Virus record (IMG/VR): IMGVR_UViG_3300037790_000129
Location: 3,502-67,501 of that record
Direction: 5' to 3' (one strand)
Origin: a virus
Lineage: Duplodnaviria > Caudoviricetes
Length of the DNA stretch: 64,000 nucleotides
The notes beneath the pieces are model-generated. The model was not told the DNA's origin, ran no database searches, and was given only the letters and a program-made list of their open reading frames with translations. Below are positions 1-9,580 of the stretch, piece after piece. The translations under genes were made by a program, and so were the position numbers. Each line of letters begins with the position of its first letter. The stretch's first letter is position 1.

Positions 1-36
1 CACCTTATTAATAGTTTATGCCCGGCCGTTAGTTTT

Positions 37-861
37 TTAAATGGCAACCTTTGCTTTTATGCTAGGGTGCGGATGGTAGTTGTCTAGTGTAAAATCTGAA
101 TAAGAAAATGAAAATATGTCTTTTATATCAGAATTAATTGTCATTTTAGGTAGCGGCCTTGTTGATCTGCTTAATTGAAGTTTCACTTGCTCTATATGAT
201 TGTTGTAAATATGAGCATCTCCAAAAGTATGAATGAAATCTCCTAGTTTATATCCGCAAACTTGAGCCATCATCATTGTAAGTAAAGCATAAGAAGCTAT
301 GTTAAACGGAACGCCTAAAAACACATCTGCGCTGCGTTGGTACAATTGGCAATAGAGCTTATTATTAGCTACATAAAACTGAAAAAAAGCGTGGCAAGGT
401 GGTAGTGCAGCTTTATTTTGGGCTACATTCTCGCTAAACGATAAATTTGTTTTAGGTAAAACACTCGGATTCCAAGCGGTTACTAACATTCTTCTGCTGT
501 TCGGGTTGTTTTTAAGTGTATTTATTACTTCTTTGATTTGGTCTATTTCTTCGCCATTCCAATTGCGCCATTGCTCGCCATAAATAGGTCCTAGATCTCC
601 TTTTTCATTAGCCCACTCATTCCATATTCTCACTCCATTTTCTTGTAGGTATTTAATGTTGGTATCGCCATTTAAAAACCACAATAACTCGTGTATAATT
701 GATTTTAGGTGTAATTTCTTGGTTGTTACCATAGGAAACCCTTTACTTAAATCAAATCGCATTTGGTAACCAAAGACAGATTTTGTACCCGTACCCGTTC
801 GATCACGTTTTTGGTGTCCGTGAATTAAAATATGCTCTAATAAATCGTGGTATTGCTTCAT
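37..861 (-). CDS. thyA: Thymidylate synthase
   Basis: DRTGTGT, NPNSRR, catalytic [19 protein letters not shown] and GDAHIY motifs. Likely start MKQYHDLL at 861, 1 nt after the upstream HTH gene stop, so it is in the phage operon. Confidence 0.96.
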   Translation of the reverse strand: MKQYHDLLEHILIHGHQKRDRTGTGTKSVFGYQMRFDLSKGFPMVTTKKLHLKSIIHELLWFLNGDTNIKYLQENGVRIWNEWANEKGDLGPIYGEQWRNWNGEEIDQIKEVINTLKNNPNSRRMLVTAWNPSVLPKTNLSFSENVAQNKAALPPCHAFFQFYVANNKLYCQLYQRSADVFLGVPFNIASYALLTMMMAQVCGYKLGDFIHTFGDAHIYNNHIEQVKLQLSRSTRPLPKMTINSDIKDIFSFSYSDFTLDNYHPHPSIKAKVAI

Positions 862-862
862 T

Positions 863-1087
863 TTAAAAAACTTTAAATTCAACGTCAGATCCTAAAGCTG
901 CTAAAACTTTATCCATTATTCTCATTGAATCTCCCGTTCCGTTTTCAATGCGATATATTTGGGTATGTGCAGCTCCTTCTCCAAAAGCTTCTTGAGCTAA
1001 TTTTTGTTGCGACCAACCAAGTTGTTGTCTTTTCCACTTTACAAATTGTCCTAGTTTTTTTCGGGAATTTAATTTTATTTTTGCCAT
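863..1087 (-). CDS. XRE-family HTH DNA-binding protein
   Basis: [16 protein letters not shown]...IYRIENG...KVLAALG pattern. Confidence 0.8.
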   Translation of the reverse strand: MAKIKLNSRKKLGQFVKWKRQQLGWSQQKLAQEAFGEGAAHTQIYRIENGTGDSMRIMDKVLAALGSDVEFKVF

Positions 1088-1101
1088 TTTCTGATAGTGT
1101 T

Positions 1102-1341
1102 TTATGATTTGTTTTTTCTTTTTTTATTGATGTTTTTAATAATCCTGTTCAATCTTGCATTTTCTTTTTCAACTTCTTTGAGTTGATCTCGTAGTTCCCG
1201 TACTCGTTTGGATTCAAATTGATACTCTGTAGTTAGAGTGTTTCTACAAGTGCATCTTTCAATACCGTAAACAGCCGTTCCCATACAACCAGGTATTAAA
1301 ACTTTCCCAACTTTTTCGTCATATATGTAGTGGCATTTCAT
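1102..1341 (-). CDS. Hypothetical phage protein (Cys-rich N-terminus, coiled coil)
   Basis: ORF in operon; CxxxxxxG...CTC followed by a heptad-rich tail. Confidence 0.5.
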   Translation of the reverse strand: MKCHYIYDEKVGKVLIPGCMGTAVYGIERCTCRNTLTTEYQFESKRVRELRDQLKEVEKENARLNRIIKNINKKRKNKS

Positions 1342-1343
1342 TG

Positions 1344-2024
1344 TTAATCGTATCTAAACCATTCGGTTTCCGGATTTAATTCGTCTGCAATAATTTTAAC
1401 TTGAGCGGAATAAAGTCTAAAGATTTTATGCTCAAGAATGCTTAAACTTGCTATTCTTGCCGGAGTAATTTTACCTTGACTAGTGAAATAATCTTGATGA
1501 TGAAATGAAAATATTGTATTACGCTCTGATGAAAATATAAAACGAATAGCGCATTGATGTTTTTCTTTATTTTCTTCTAAATCTAGTGCTACTTCAATCC
1601 AATTATGTTCTGTATTTTCCTCAACAATTATGGTTACCTCACCATCACTTTCATTATCTTCTTCCATAGCAGCTTGAATAAGCATTTCGAAAATTTCAGA
1701 TAATTTAATTTCTTTCTTTTCGATAAAACCTATTGCATTTTGTGTGAGATCAAGTATTGGCTGCAAGTTAACTTGCTGGGTTAAGTTCTCGTTTATAGTT
1801 TGCCCAACTAAAGCGTTATAATCTACAGTATCGAATTTTTGTAGATTAATGTCTAGCTTTTCCTCGATTTTAGATTTTATTTCTTTAGCCATATCTCCAT
1901 AAGTACTGAATACTTCACTAATTATAGATTCTAGCATTTTAACTGTTGCTTTTTCTACAATTTCAGGTAGTTTTTCAGCGATAATTTTATCGCTTGTATT
2001 TTGAATTTCTTTATTAATATCCAT
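1344..2024 (-). CDS. Hypothetical phage protein
   Basis: 226-aa ORF tightly packed in the operon; no function recognised. Confidence 0.6.
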   Translation of the reverse strand: MDINKEIQNTSDKIIAEKLPEIVEKATVKMLESIISEVFSTYGDMAKEIKSKIEEKLDINLQKFDTVDYNALVGQTINENLTQQVNLQPILDLTQNAIGFIEKKEIKLSEIFEMLIQAAMEEDNESDGEVTIIVEENTEHNWIEVALDLEENKEKHQCAIRFIFSSERNTIFSFHHQDYFTSQGKITPARIASLSILEHKIFRLYSAQVKIIADELNPETEWFRYD

Positions 2025-2027
2025 AAT

Positions 2028-2366
2028 CTAATTTTCTAATGATTTAATTTTTGCTTTTTCAATTTCTTCTGCAGCTTCTTTCGGGTCGCTGTAAACCCAA
2101 CCTCCTGGAATGGAGTCTGTAGATTTAAAATGTTCTCCTATCATCCATAATGAAAAATAAGTTCCGCGATCTTGTATTTCAGCAAAACAACTGGGTTTCT
2201 CTAGTGAATAACAGTTTTTAAATTCTTTCATTTTTTTGAATCCGAAACTTAAAAGCATTAGCTTGAAGTTCTTCCAGTATTTTTGCTTCTCTTTTCTTTT
2301 GGCTTTCACATATCTTTCCTGATCTTCTGTAAGTTCTATAATAACGCCTTCTACAATTGTTTTCAT
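2028..2366 (-). CDS. Hypothetical phage protein
   Basis: 112-aa ORF, start overlaps the stop of the MTase gene. Confidence 0.55.
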   Translation of the reverse strand: MKTIVEGVIIELTEDQERYVKAKRKEKQKYWKNFKLMLLSFGFKKMKEFKNCYSLEKPSCFAEIQDRGTYFSLWMIGEHFKSTDSIPGGWVYSDPKEAAEEIEKAKIKSLEN

Positions 2367-4039
2367 TAAGCTACGTTTTTAATTTTTTCGAAATGATTAA
2401 CTATTGCTTTGATATGTGTTGAAAACATAGCTCTTGCTGTGTTTACTTCAACACTATTTCCTATGAACTTTTTCTGATCTGTTTTGGTTCCTACAAGTGT
2501 GTAACCTTTTGGGAATCCTTGTATTCTTAAAAGCTCTTCAACCTCTAGCATCCGCATTTTTATATCTACTATTCCATAATAAGCCATAAACATTTTGATC
2601 TTTACCATTGTTTCACAATCATCATCGTAAACAGGAATTAAAAAACCTTTGCCTTTTTCACAAGAGATTAAACCAAGTGGTTTTTTATCTTGTCTAGCTA
2701 TAATTGTTGGGCTTGGTTTGTGAATTGAATTACCAGGATTCTTGAATTGAGGATTTAGTAAGTAATGGTCTTTTTTCTCGGGTTCTTGATCTTGTGTATT
2801 TACAAATGCGTACTTTGGATTTTGAGTAATATTGCTAAGTCGTTTATCTACACTTGAGGGTTTTAAGCTGCTAAAATGTTGATCAATAAATTTAGTTCTT
2901 ACAGCAGCAAAACGATCTTTTGTAGTTAGAGTAGGGCAGGGTTCATCTTGACTGTGCGGGTGGCCATTACCGTAGTAAGATTGCAAGAAATTTGCATTTA
3001 CAATCCCTAATCTTCCTTGTGTTGAAACTGTTGGGCTTGGGTTTTCTAAAGAAGGAGGTTTGTAATGTCCGTTTTTATTACGTGAATTATACTTTAACAT
3101 AAAATCACATTTCACATAAGCCTGACCGTCTATTGTTTTAACCGTTCCTGCTGGGCTGTTGATGCTAATTACTTTTCCTGCTGGTCTACCTGAATAATAT
3201 TTCTTAATGAAACTATCATCGCCTTTTGCTACAAATTTTACTAACCCAGCATAAATTCTTTTAAGTGTATTTTCTACTAAAGGTTTCTTTCTAGTGAAAA
3301 TAGAATTACCTTCATTTTCTAAATTGAGTACTTGCTTAACGGGTTTCCATTTTTTTAGTGAAGGGAATAAACTCGAATTTTCTGGCAGTTTTTTTATGTG
3401 TGTTTGTTCTGGCCATACTATTGGAAGTTTGCCTTTTGCAAATTGAGCAAAGTATCTTCTTCTTGTAGTATAACCGCCATAATCGGCAGCGTTTAATTCT
3501 TTCCAATCAAAACGATAACCATAAGTCTTAACTTTTTCGGTCCATCTAACATAATCTTTGCCAGCTTTTCTTGAAATTGGCTTGCCGTTTTTATCTAATG
3601 GACCCCAGCTCATAAACTCCATTACATTTTCAATCATTAAATAGTCTGGATTAATTGCATCTAAGTACATAAATAAATGATCTGCTAATGTTCTACTGTC
3701 TGCTTCTCTAGGTAAACCCCCTTTTGCTTTGCTGAAATTCGTGCATTCTAAGCTAGCCCATACTGTTATTATGCAATCGGGGTAAAGTTTTCTAAGTGCG
3801 TTTACTCTTAGTTTTAAAAACCAAACTACTTCGGGATTACGAATATCTTCTATAAAATGTTTAGCTGATGGATGATTTATTTTATGACTTTGAATTGCTT
3901 TTTCATCGTGATTCACACAAGCAATTACTACAGTTTCAAGATCTTTTATTTTATGACTTTCGGTATTGTTAGAAAGGTGAGCGCCGGTAGAAGTTCCACC
4001 GGCGCCACAAAACAAGTCTATTATAAATTCTTTTGGCAT
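2366..4039 (-). CDS. DNA cytosine-5 methyltransferase (orphan)
   Basis: Motif I DLFCGAGG, motif IV variant ASLECTNFS, motif VI IENV, RRRYF, C-terminal RIQGFP...IGNSV. Confidence 0.93.
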   Translation of the reverse strand: MPKEFIIDLFCGAGGTSTGAHLSNNTESHKIKDLETVVIACVNHDEKAIQSHKINHPSAKHFIEDIRNPEVVWFLKLRVNALRKLYPDCIITVWASLECTNFSKAKGGLPREADSRTLADHLFMYLDAINPDYLMIENVMEFMSWGPLDKNGKPISRKAGKDYVRWTEKVKTYGYRFDWKELNAADYGGYTTRRRYFAQFAKGKLPIVWPEQTHIKKLPENSSLFPSLKKWKPVKQVLNLENEGNSIFTRKKPLVENTLKRIYAGLVKFVAKGDDSFIKKYYSGRPAGKVISINSPAGTVKTIDGQAYVKCDFMLKYNSRNKNGHYKPPSLENPSPTVSTQGRLGIVNANFLQSYYGNGHPHSQDEPCPTLTTKDRFAAVRTKFIDQHFSSLKPSSVDKRLSNITQNPKYAFVNTQDQEPEKKDHYLLNPQFKNPGNSIHKPSPTIIARQDKKPLGLISCEKGKGFLIPVYDDDCETMVKIKMFMAYYGIVDIKMRMLEVEELLRIQGFPKGYTLVGTKTDQKKFIGNSVEVNTARAMFSTHIKAIVNHFEKIKNVA

Positions 4040-4041
4040 AA

Positions 4042-4365
4042 TTACTCTTTTATATTAACCACTGCAATGGCTCTGTCGTTGATTACTACTTTTATTTTTC
4101 CGTCAGGTGCATAATTCAAAGCTGTATAAATTCCTGCAATCACTCTATCTGCTAGAGTTTGATGTTGTGGAATATTTTTACCAGTACCGCTTAACTTTTC
4201 ACGCTGTTTTACGTTCCATTTAGAAACTTTCTTATTGGCTTTAATTAGATCTTCTAACGAAGTTTCGGGATCTAATTTTGAGCTTGGTTTATCGGTTATT
4301 CCCATCATATATAGATTCCATTCTATACAAGTACCTATAATTTTTTTAGCTTCTTTAATTTTCAT
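4042..4365 (-). CDS. Hypothetical phage protein
   Basis: 107-aa ORF in operon. Confidence 0.55.
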   Translation of the reverse strand: MKIKEAKKIIGTCIEWNLYMMGITDKPSSKLDPETSLEDLIKANKKVSKWNVKQREKLSGTGKNIPQHQTLADRVIAGIYTALNYAPDGKIKVVINDRAIAVVNIKE

Positions 4366-4367
4366 AA

Positions 4368-5147
4368 TTAAATAAAGTTTTTAGGGCGTTCTACTTGTTT
4401 AAAATCGTACACGAATACGAACGGGTTATCGTTCCAAGATTCTTTTCCGTTGATCGATTGCCATAGTGATTGAAAAGATTTTACAAATTCTTCTTCCTTA
4501 AAGTAAGGCCAGCCATCTGCGGATTTAGTCGTTTCTAAATAATTTCTAGGGTAAGAAATATAGTCTCCTGTATCTGCAATAGATTGTGTGTTAAATTCTA
4601 TTCCTTCTGCAATAGCATCATTTTCAGAAATATCTTGAAGGCGTTCTATTCTTACGTTGGTGCATTCTAAGAATAAACGGCAAGCTTCTCTCGGCATAAA
4701 AATGGAAGGTTTCCACGGGATCGTTTTACCGTCAGCTAATTCATATTTTTCTTCTTCGTCGTTGATCTGAAAGATTCCTTTCTGTAAAAGGTTTTCTGCA
4801 TAGTTGCAGATCCAATCTCCGTTTTCGTTAGGATCGTACATTTGGCACCAATTTTTTGTACCATCTTTGTATTGCACTAACATTTCACATATATCATCCC
4901 AAGCATTTACACGCCAAGTTTCCCGAACCCAAAGAATAATATCTTCAGGAAATTTTATTTTTACGTTTACAGAATGATTATCATTATTAATAAATGCAGC
5001 TACACCGTTATCAAAATATAGAAATTTCCAATCATCTGGATTTTTGTTAACCTCTTCAAGTCCTTGTGTTCTTCTGGTCTGTGTTTTTCTGCCGTTAAAA
5101 ATGGCTTCTACCATTGGGGTTGAAAAAAGTATCGGTTTAGTTTTCAT
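4368..5147 (-). CDS. Conserved phage protein, ASCH/PUA-like family
   Basis: KPILFSTPMVEAIFNGRKTQTRR, LWVRETW, WKPSIFMPREACRL, VRIERLQDISENDAIAEG and W..NPFVFVYDF pattern. Confidence 0.7.
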   Translation of the reverse strand: MKTKPILFSTPMVEAIFNGRKTQTRRTQGLEEVNKNPDDWKFLYFDNGVAAFINNDNHSVNVKIKFPEDIILWVRETWRVNAWDDICEMLVQYKDGTKNWCQMYDPNENGDWICNYAENLLQKGIFQINDEEEKYELADGKTIPWKPSIFMPREACRLFLECTNVRIERLQDISENDAIAEGIEFNTQSIADTGDYISYPRNYLETTKSADGWPYFKEEEFVKSFQSLWQSINGKESWNDNPFVFVYDFKQVERPKNFI

Positions 5148-5313
5148 AGTTTCTTTTTACCCTTTTTTCAGGGAAGTTTTCTTTTAAATATGCTTCTAAG
5201 TAATCTATTTTTCTTTTGGTCTTTTTTTCTGAAATGTATGCGTATAAAAAAACTACAAAAAGAACGCATCCTATTAGGATAGGCGTAATGTATAATAGCA
5301 TTGATAGTTCCAT
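5137..5313 (-). CDS. Small single-TM protein (58 aa, not in ORF track)
   Basis: Manual translation MELSMLLYITPILIGCVLFVVFLYAYISEKK...; fills the gap and overlaps the next start. Confidence 0.5.
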   Translation of the reverse strand: MELSMLLYITPILIGCVLFVVFLYAYISEKKTKRKIDYLEAYLKENFPEKRVKRNYEN

Positions 5314-5317
5314 AAGT

Positions 5318-5410
5318 TTAAAGTTTTATAAATCCGAAAAATGCGTGAAATAAAAGCCAGTAAATAGTTAACATAGTTAATACTACTGCCATACGTTTTA
5401 AAAATTTCAT
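5318..5410 (-). CDS. Small hydrophobic peptide (30 aa, not in ORF track)
   Basis: Manual translation MKFLKRMAVVLTMLTIYWLLFHAFFGFIKL. Confidence 0.35.
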   Translation of the reverse strand: MKFLKRMAVVLTMLTIYWLLFHAFFGFIKL

Positions 5411-5440
5411 CTTAGTTTCTAGTTTCATTTTTTTTGAATA

Positions 5441-5469
5441 AAAAAAAGCGTTCAGGATTTGAACGCTTT
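5441..5469 (-). terminator. Intrinsic terminator inside the early operon
   Basis: AAAGCGTTCA-ggatt-TGAACGCTTT stem with a U-run on the minus strand. Confidence 0.75.
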
Positions 5470-5573
5470 AATTGATGTTGATTAAAAATCTGCTTTTTTT
5501 ACCTAGTAACACTATATGTGCGTTATGGTCTTGCCAAGCAATATTAAATATTGCCAAATTCATTAGTGTGGGG

Positions 5574-5903
5574 TTACGATTGATCATTCCAGTATTTTAT
5601 AAAATTTACTACTTCTTGATAAACAAGTTCTATTGTTGCTGTGGCAAGTTCATCTCTAATAAGTAGAAATTCTTCAATATCGTAAACTCCTTCTATTTGG
5701 CTTATCTTTTGAACGACTGGCATAATCCAATCCCATTTATATTTATATTGCATTCCGTCTAATGTGGAAGGTACTCCAATGTGAGGGGTTAAATATCCTT
5801 CTGTTACTATTCCATTTTCAGTACCTATGTTGCAAGGTACTAAAGGCAAATTCATAAATTCTGCTATCAATTTATTGTTTTCAATTACTTCTTGATTTGT
5901 CAT
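5574..5903 (-). CDS. Hypothetical phage protein
   Basis: 109-aa ORF; NKLIAEFM...Y...WDWIMPVVQKI pattern seen in Bacteroidota phage hypotheticals. Confidence 0.6.
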   Translation of the reverse strand: MTNQEVIENNKLIAEFMNLPLVPCNIGTENGIVTEGYLTPHIGVPSTLDGMQYKYKWDWIMPVVQKISQIEGVYDIEEFLLIRDELATATIELVYQEVVNFIKYWNDQS

Positions 5904-5907
5904 AGTC

Positions 5908-6294
5908 TTAGTCTTTATGAGTTAATCCCATAGCATCGCCATTGTTGCTTATGGTTTCGTTAATAGTTTCTTTTGTGTAGTCCTCGTTAAGCGAAATATC
6001 TAATACTTGCATCGCTTCAACGTCTGTGCAATTAAACTTGGATTTAACATCATTTATTTGCCAAAGATTTTCTGTGTAATATCCTGCTTCTGATAGTGTT
6101 TTTTTCGCTTGTTCAATTCGGTCTTTTGGATTCATAAAATCCATTGTAGCATCATCTTCTTTTTTGATCTGCCAGTTAACAGGGAATTCTACTCCTGATT
6201 TAAATCCGTTTTCAATATGCTTGTGTATTTCATATAACACATGGTTAATATTTTGCTCGTCTTTTTCTTCTAAATGGATGGTTAATATTTTCAT
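5908..6294 (-). CDS. Hypothetical phage protein
   Basis: 128-aa ORF preceded by the AATCCATACAC motif. Confidence 0.6.
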   Translation of the reverse strand: MKILTIHLEEKDEQNINHVLYEIHKHIENGFKSGVEFPVNWQIKKEDDATMDFMNPKDRIEQAKKTLSEAGYYTENLWQINDVKSKFNCTDVEAMQVLDISLNEDYTKETINETISNNGDAMGLTHKD

Positions 6295-6306
6295 CTTGTG
6301 TATGGA

Positions 6307-6774
6307 TTAAATGTTAGTTTGTTGTTTTGACTGAAAATTTTCGATTGCTTTTTTATAGATTAATAACTCGGTTTTAGTTTGGTCTATCGAAATTTCAAAA
6401 TTCGGAATTTCTCCTCCATAATCTCTTTGTAAAAGTTGATCGGCAGAATCTCCTTCTTCAAACTCTTCATCTACCAACTTATCTAAGTCGTTTAACCTTG
6501 CTATCATATCACAACTAGAATAGTTAGGATAATGCTCTTCAACAAAATCCCAAGCGGTTTTTTCTTTCCATTCTTTTTTGTAAGAAGTGATTACAAAAGT
6601 TCCGTTAATTGCTGCTTCAGTTTTAATGGCTTGTATGATTTCTCTTTCGCTAAGCCCATAAAAGAAAATTTGATCGTCTATCTCTAAAACATCATCGTAC
6701 TCGTAAACTAGATAGTTTTCAAATTCTGTTTTATCGTCTGTGAAATATCCGTTTATACTGTATAGTCCTTTCAT
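6307..6774 (-). CDS. Acidic hypothetical protein
   Basis: 155-aa D/E-rich ORF preceded by a motif variant. Confidence 0.6.
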   Translation of the reverse strand: MKGLYSINGYFTDDKTEFENYLVYEYDDVLEIDDQIFFYGLSEREIIQAIKTEAAINGTFVITSYKKEWKEKTAWDFVEEHYPNYSSCDMIARLNDLDKLVDEEFEEGDSADQLLQRDYGGEIPNFEISIDQTKTELLIYKKAIENFQSKQQTNI

Positions 6775-6836
6775 TTTGTGTATAGATTTATTGTATGTAG
6801 GGTTTTGAAATTATCGCCACCCCTACACACTAAGTT

Positions 6837-8426
6837 TTAAAATAATGTTGATTGTGATTTTTCTAATTGTAATGGTTCGGGTTTTTGATTCTGCTTTTTT
6901 TGTTTGTCAGATTCTCTTCGTTTTTTCTTGTGTTCTTCCCACTTGGTTCGCTCATCATCAGGGAGCCAATTTTTTGTGGCGCAAGCTGTCATATTAAATA
7001 AATCCCAAAGCTTTTTATCTTTAAAATAAATATGAACTGTACCTTTTTTAAAGAACTTTATTTTAAAGTATGCGCTTTCACAAGTATTATCGAACTTATC
7101 GCCCGTTTTTATTTTGCCTAATTGATTAAATTTTTCTTCTAGTGCATAGCTTAAAGTGCTATAATCTGTTAGGGTGTGTCCTGCTAAATAAGCAATACAT
7201 TTATCTATATCGTTGTAAATATTGTTTGAATCCCACGGGAGTGAAAAATTATCTCCATATTCTTTTAGGCTGTGAGCATCAGAATAAGCTCCGTATTTAA
7301 CGCCATAAGGTAAAATTACCTTTCGGTTTATTTTAAATCTGTCGTTAGTTTTCCATCCCTCAACGTGGCTTCTGTTTTCTTTCCAGTACTCTGTCAACTT
7401 ATCAAAAACATCTTCAACGGCTTGATCCCAAATATTTTTTCGGTTGTTCATTATCATTTGAAAAAATGAGGCTACATTTTCTTTAGTGAACGACATGTTG
7501 GATTGCTGCCTAATAAAAGCTTCAAAATTACTACTAACTTTAGCGCTCATATATTTTTGAACGTCAAGCTCTTTTATCACCTTTCGCCACATGTGCTTTT
7601 TCATTTGCATTGAAAGATGGTTGTATTTTTGTTGCGCTGTTCCTTTGGATAATTCAAAACTATCTTCTTGGTAAAAACCTTCACCTTTAAGAAACATTTT
7701 TTTATAGTGTAAATATTTTTCTCTAGCTTTTAAATACTCAGCATATTCTTTTCTTACTTCTTCATACCTGATATTTAGATTGCCGATTAAATCTTCTCTT
7801 GCTATTTGGTTGTTTACAAAATCGAAATCGAAGTTTAGTTTTTCTTCTTCGCTTTTATCGAAATCAAAATCAAATTTTTCATCCTCTTTGTTGATGGTTA
7901 ATCTAACTAAGGCAATTTCAACATTTGTCTTTCTCTCGGCACTTTTAAATTCAGATTCTAAAAACTCATAACTCCCGTACTGGTTTATTTTGTCGAGTAG
8001 TATTTTTCTTTGTTTGGTGTATGGGTTTCGTATGGTTTCTGCATTGAGTAGGCAAACTATATCTGTTTGTTTTGCTACTTCAATAGCTTTTAATAAATGC
8101 TCATCTCCGTTGCTAAATGGTGGATTCATTACAATTAAATCGAAATAGTAATTCTCATTAAATTGTAGAAAATCGTTACCAATTATAGCAACTTCTTTTT
8201 CATATAGAATTGATTGTAAATCTTGATTCAACTCTATTGCATAAATCTCTCTATTGCTGTGGGTGTGTTCTTGTATGAAGTCTATTATATCTCCCTTACC
8301 TGCGCTTGGTTCTAGTATGCAAAGATCATCTAGTTTATTGTTGTATCGTCTAGAACCCTGAATGTAGGGTTCTAGCATTTTTCTGATTAGAGTTTTTGGC
8401 GTTGGGTAAAATTCTTTTGAAAACAT
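6837..8426 (-). CDS. N6-adenine-type SAM-dependent methyltransferase with DUF4942-like C-terminal domain
   Basis: FYPTP, LEPSAGKG (motif I), DLIVMNPPF (motif IV); C-terminal VEDVFDKLT...GWKTNDRFKINRKVIL and KFFKKGTVHI patterns. Confidence 0.85.
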   Translation of the reverse strand: MFSKEFYPTPKTLIRKMLEPYIQGSRRYNNKLDDLCILEPSAGKGDIIDFIQEHTHSNREIYAIELNQDLQSILYEKEVAIIGNDFLQFNENYYFDLIVMNPPFSNGDEHLLKAIEVAKQTDIVCLLNAETIRNPYTKQRKILLDKINQYGSYEFLESEFKSAERKTNVEIALVRLTINKEDEKFDFDFDKSEEEKLNFDFDFVNNQIAREDLIGNLNIRYEEVRKEYAEYLKAREKYLHYKKMFLKGEGFYQEDSFELSKGTAQQKYNHLSMQMKKHMWRKVIKELDVQKYMSAKVSSNFEAFIRQQSNMSFTKENVASFFQMIMNNRKNIWDQAVEDVFDKLTEYWKENRSHVEGWKTNDRFKINRKVILPYGVKYGAYSDAHSLKEYGDNFSLPWDSNNIYNDIDKCIAYLAGHTLTDYSTLSYALEEKFNQLGKIKTGDKFDNTCESAYFKIKFFKKGTVHIYFKDKKLWDLFNMTACATKNWLPDDERTKWEEHKKKRRESDKQKKQNQKPEPLQLEKSQSTLF

Positions 8427-8453
8427 AGCTTAGTGTGTATGGATTATTGATTT

Positions 8454-8696
8454 TTATATCTTGTTTCCTGAAGTTGTTAAAGCTTCGATTCCTTTAGCGT
8501 ATTTTATTGCTTCGTTCTCGTCTTTAAACTCTTCAACTGTGTAATCACAATTTGCAGCGAACGCAATAAAAACGCCTTTATCTAAAAAATAACCGCTGAA
8601 ATTATTTCCGCTCGGGTGATTGTATTTACCCGTTTTTTCTTGATGCTTAAACACTTCTTTTAGGTGTTTTTTGGCTGTTGTACCTGAAATTAACAT
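8454..8696 (-). CDS. Hypothetical protein
   Basis: 80-aa ORF in early operon. Confidence 0.55.
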   Translation of the reverse strand: MLISGTTAKKHLKEVFKHQEKTGKYNHPSGNNFSGYFLDKGVFIAFAANCDYTVEEFKDENEAIKYAKGIEALTTSGNKI

Positions 8697-8740
8697 ACTG
8701 ATAGTGGTATTGGTTTATGAATATTTAATTACTGGGAATA

Positions 8741-8769
8741 AAAAAAGCTACCCGTTTAGGTAGCTTTTT
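8741..8769. terminator. Bidirectional intrinsic terminator inside the early operon
   Basis: AAAAAGCTACC-cgttta-GGTAGCTTTTT. Confidence 0.78.
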
Positions 8770-8790
8770 AATTCTTGAGGTGTGTTTTTT

Positions 8791-9258
8791 TTAAGTCCAG
8801 TACTCTTTTACTCTTGAGCCTTTTTCTCTTATTGCTTCTTGCATTTCTCCTGAAGTAACGGTAAAAAAGTTTTCTTTCCATTCTTCAAAAGTTTCTGCTT
8901 CGTTTTCCCAATTCTCGGTTGATTCCTTGTTATTTAAAAATTCGTTAACCTCTTCTTGGCTGTCAAATTCGCCCACTACTTTGTTGTTGTTAAGCGTGTC
9001 CACTAAAAACAAAGTTTCTATTTTGTAGTTGTAATTTTCATTCACAAACTTTTTAATCTCTTCGATATGAGAATTTGCTTTTTCTTCGTTGTTTTCAAAT
9101 TCTTCAATTTCTTTATCTGATAAATAGAATAACCAACCTTGATCTGTTTCTTCTGCATTTTCCAATAAATATTCAGATACGGTTTGATCGCTTTCTTTTA
9201 TAAATTTTTCATTGTCAAATGCTACGCTATCTAAAAGTGTTTTAATGTTATTTTTCAT
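8791..9258 (-). CDS. Highly acidic hypothetical protein
   Basis: Manual count about 39 D/E versus about 16 K/R in 155 aa. Confidence 0.65.
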   Translation of the reverse strand: MKNNIKTLLDSVAFDNEKFIKESDQTVSEYLLENAEETDQGWLFYLSDKEIEEFENNEEKANSHIEEIKKFVNENYNYKIETLFLVDTLNNNKVVGEFDSQEEVNEFLNNKESTENWENEAETFEEWKENFFTVTSGEMQEAIREKGSRVKEYWT

Positions 9259-9328
9259 GTGTATTGATTTTTAAATTGTGTTTTAAGCCGAAAGCCCTTT
9301 GAAGTTATCGCCAGGCACTCGGAATTAT

Positions 9329-9580
9329 TTATAAGTTGTGATAAAATTCTGCATCTGATATTTCTTTTTCGACTTGTTCTAATGGAGTTGAAAAAATTAC
9401 GTTGTTGTAATCTGAAAAAGATAATTGATTTCTTCTAGTGTGATGCCCTTCTCTAATTGTAGACAAGGTAAAACCATTATCGCTTTCGTAGATAGCTACA
9501 TAATTTCCGCCGTTATCTTGTTGAATCATTTTAGCTATTTCTTCTTTTCTTCTTTTTGCTTCTTTGATTAATTCTTTCAT
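9329..9580 (-). CDS. Hypothetical protein
   Basis: 83-aa ORF between two conserved-loop hairpins. Confidence 0.6.
   Translation of the reverse strand: MKELIKEAKRRKEEIAKMIQQDNGGNYVAIYESDNGFTLSTIREGHHTRRNQLSFSDYNNVIFSTPLEQVEKEISDAEFYHNL

Noticed and set aside
862-882. Upstream start extensions in the ORF track (thyA 882, dut 54472, 14846, 16898, 19066, 22436, 26957)
   Set aside because: They overlap neighbouring genes or promoters and add non-homologous N-termini; downstream ATGs fit the operon spacing better.
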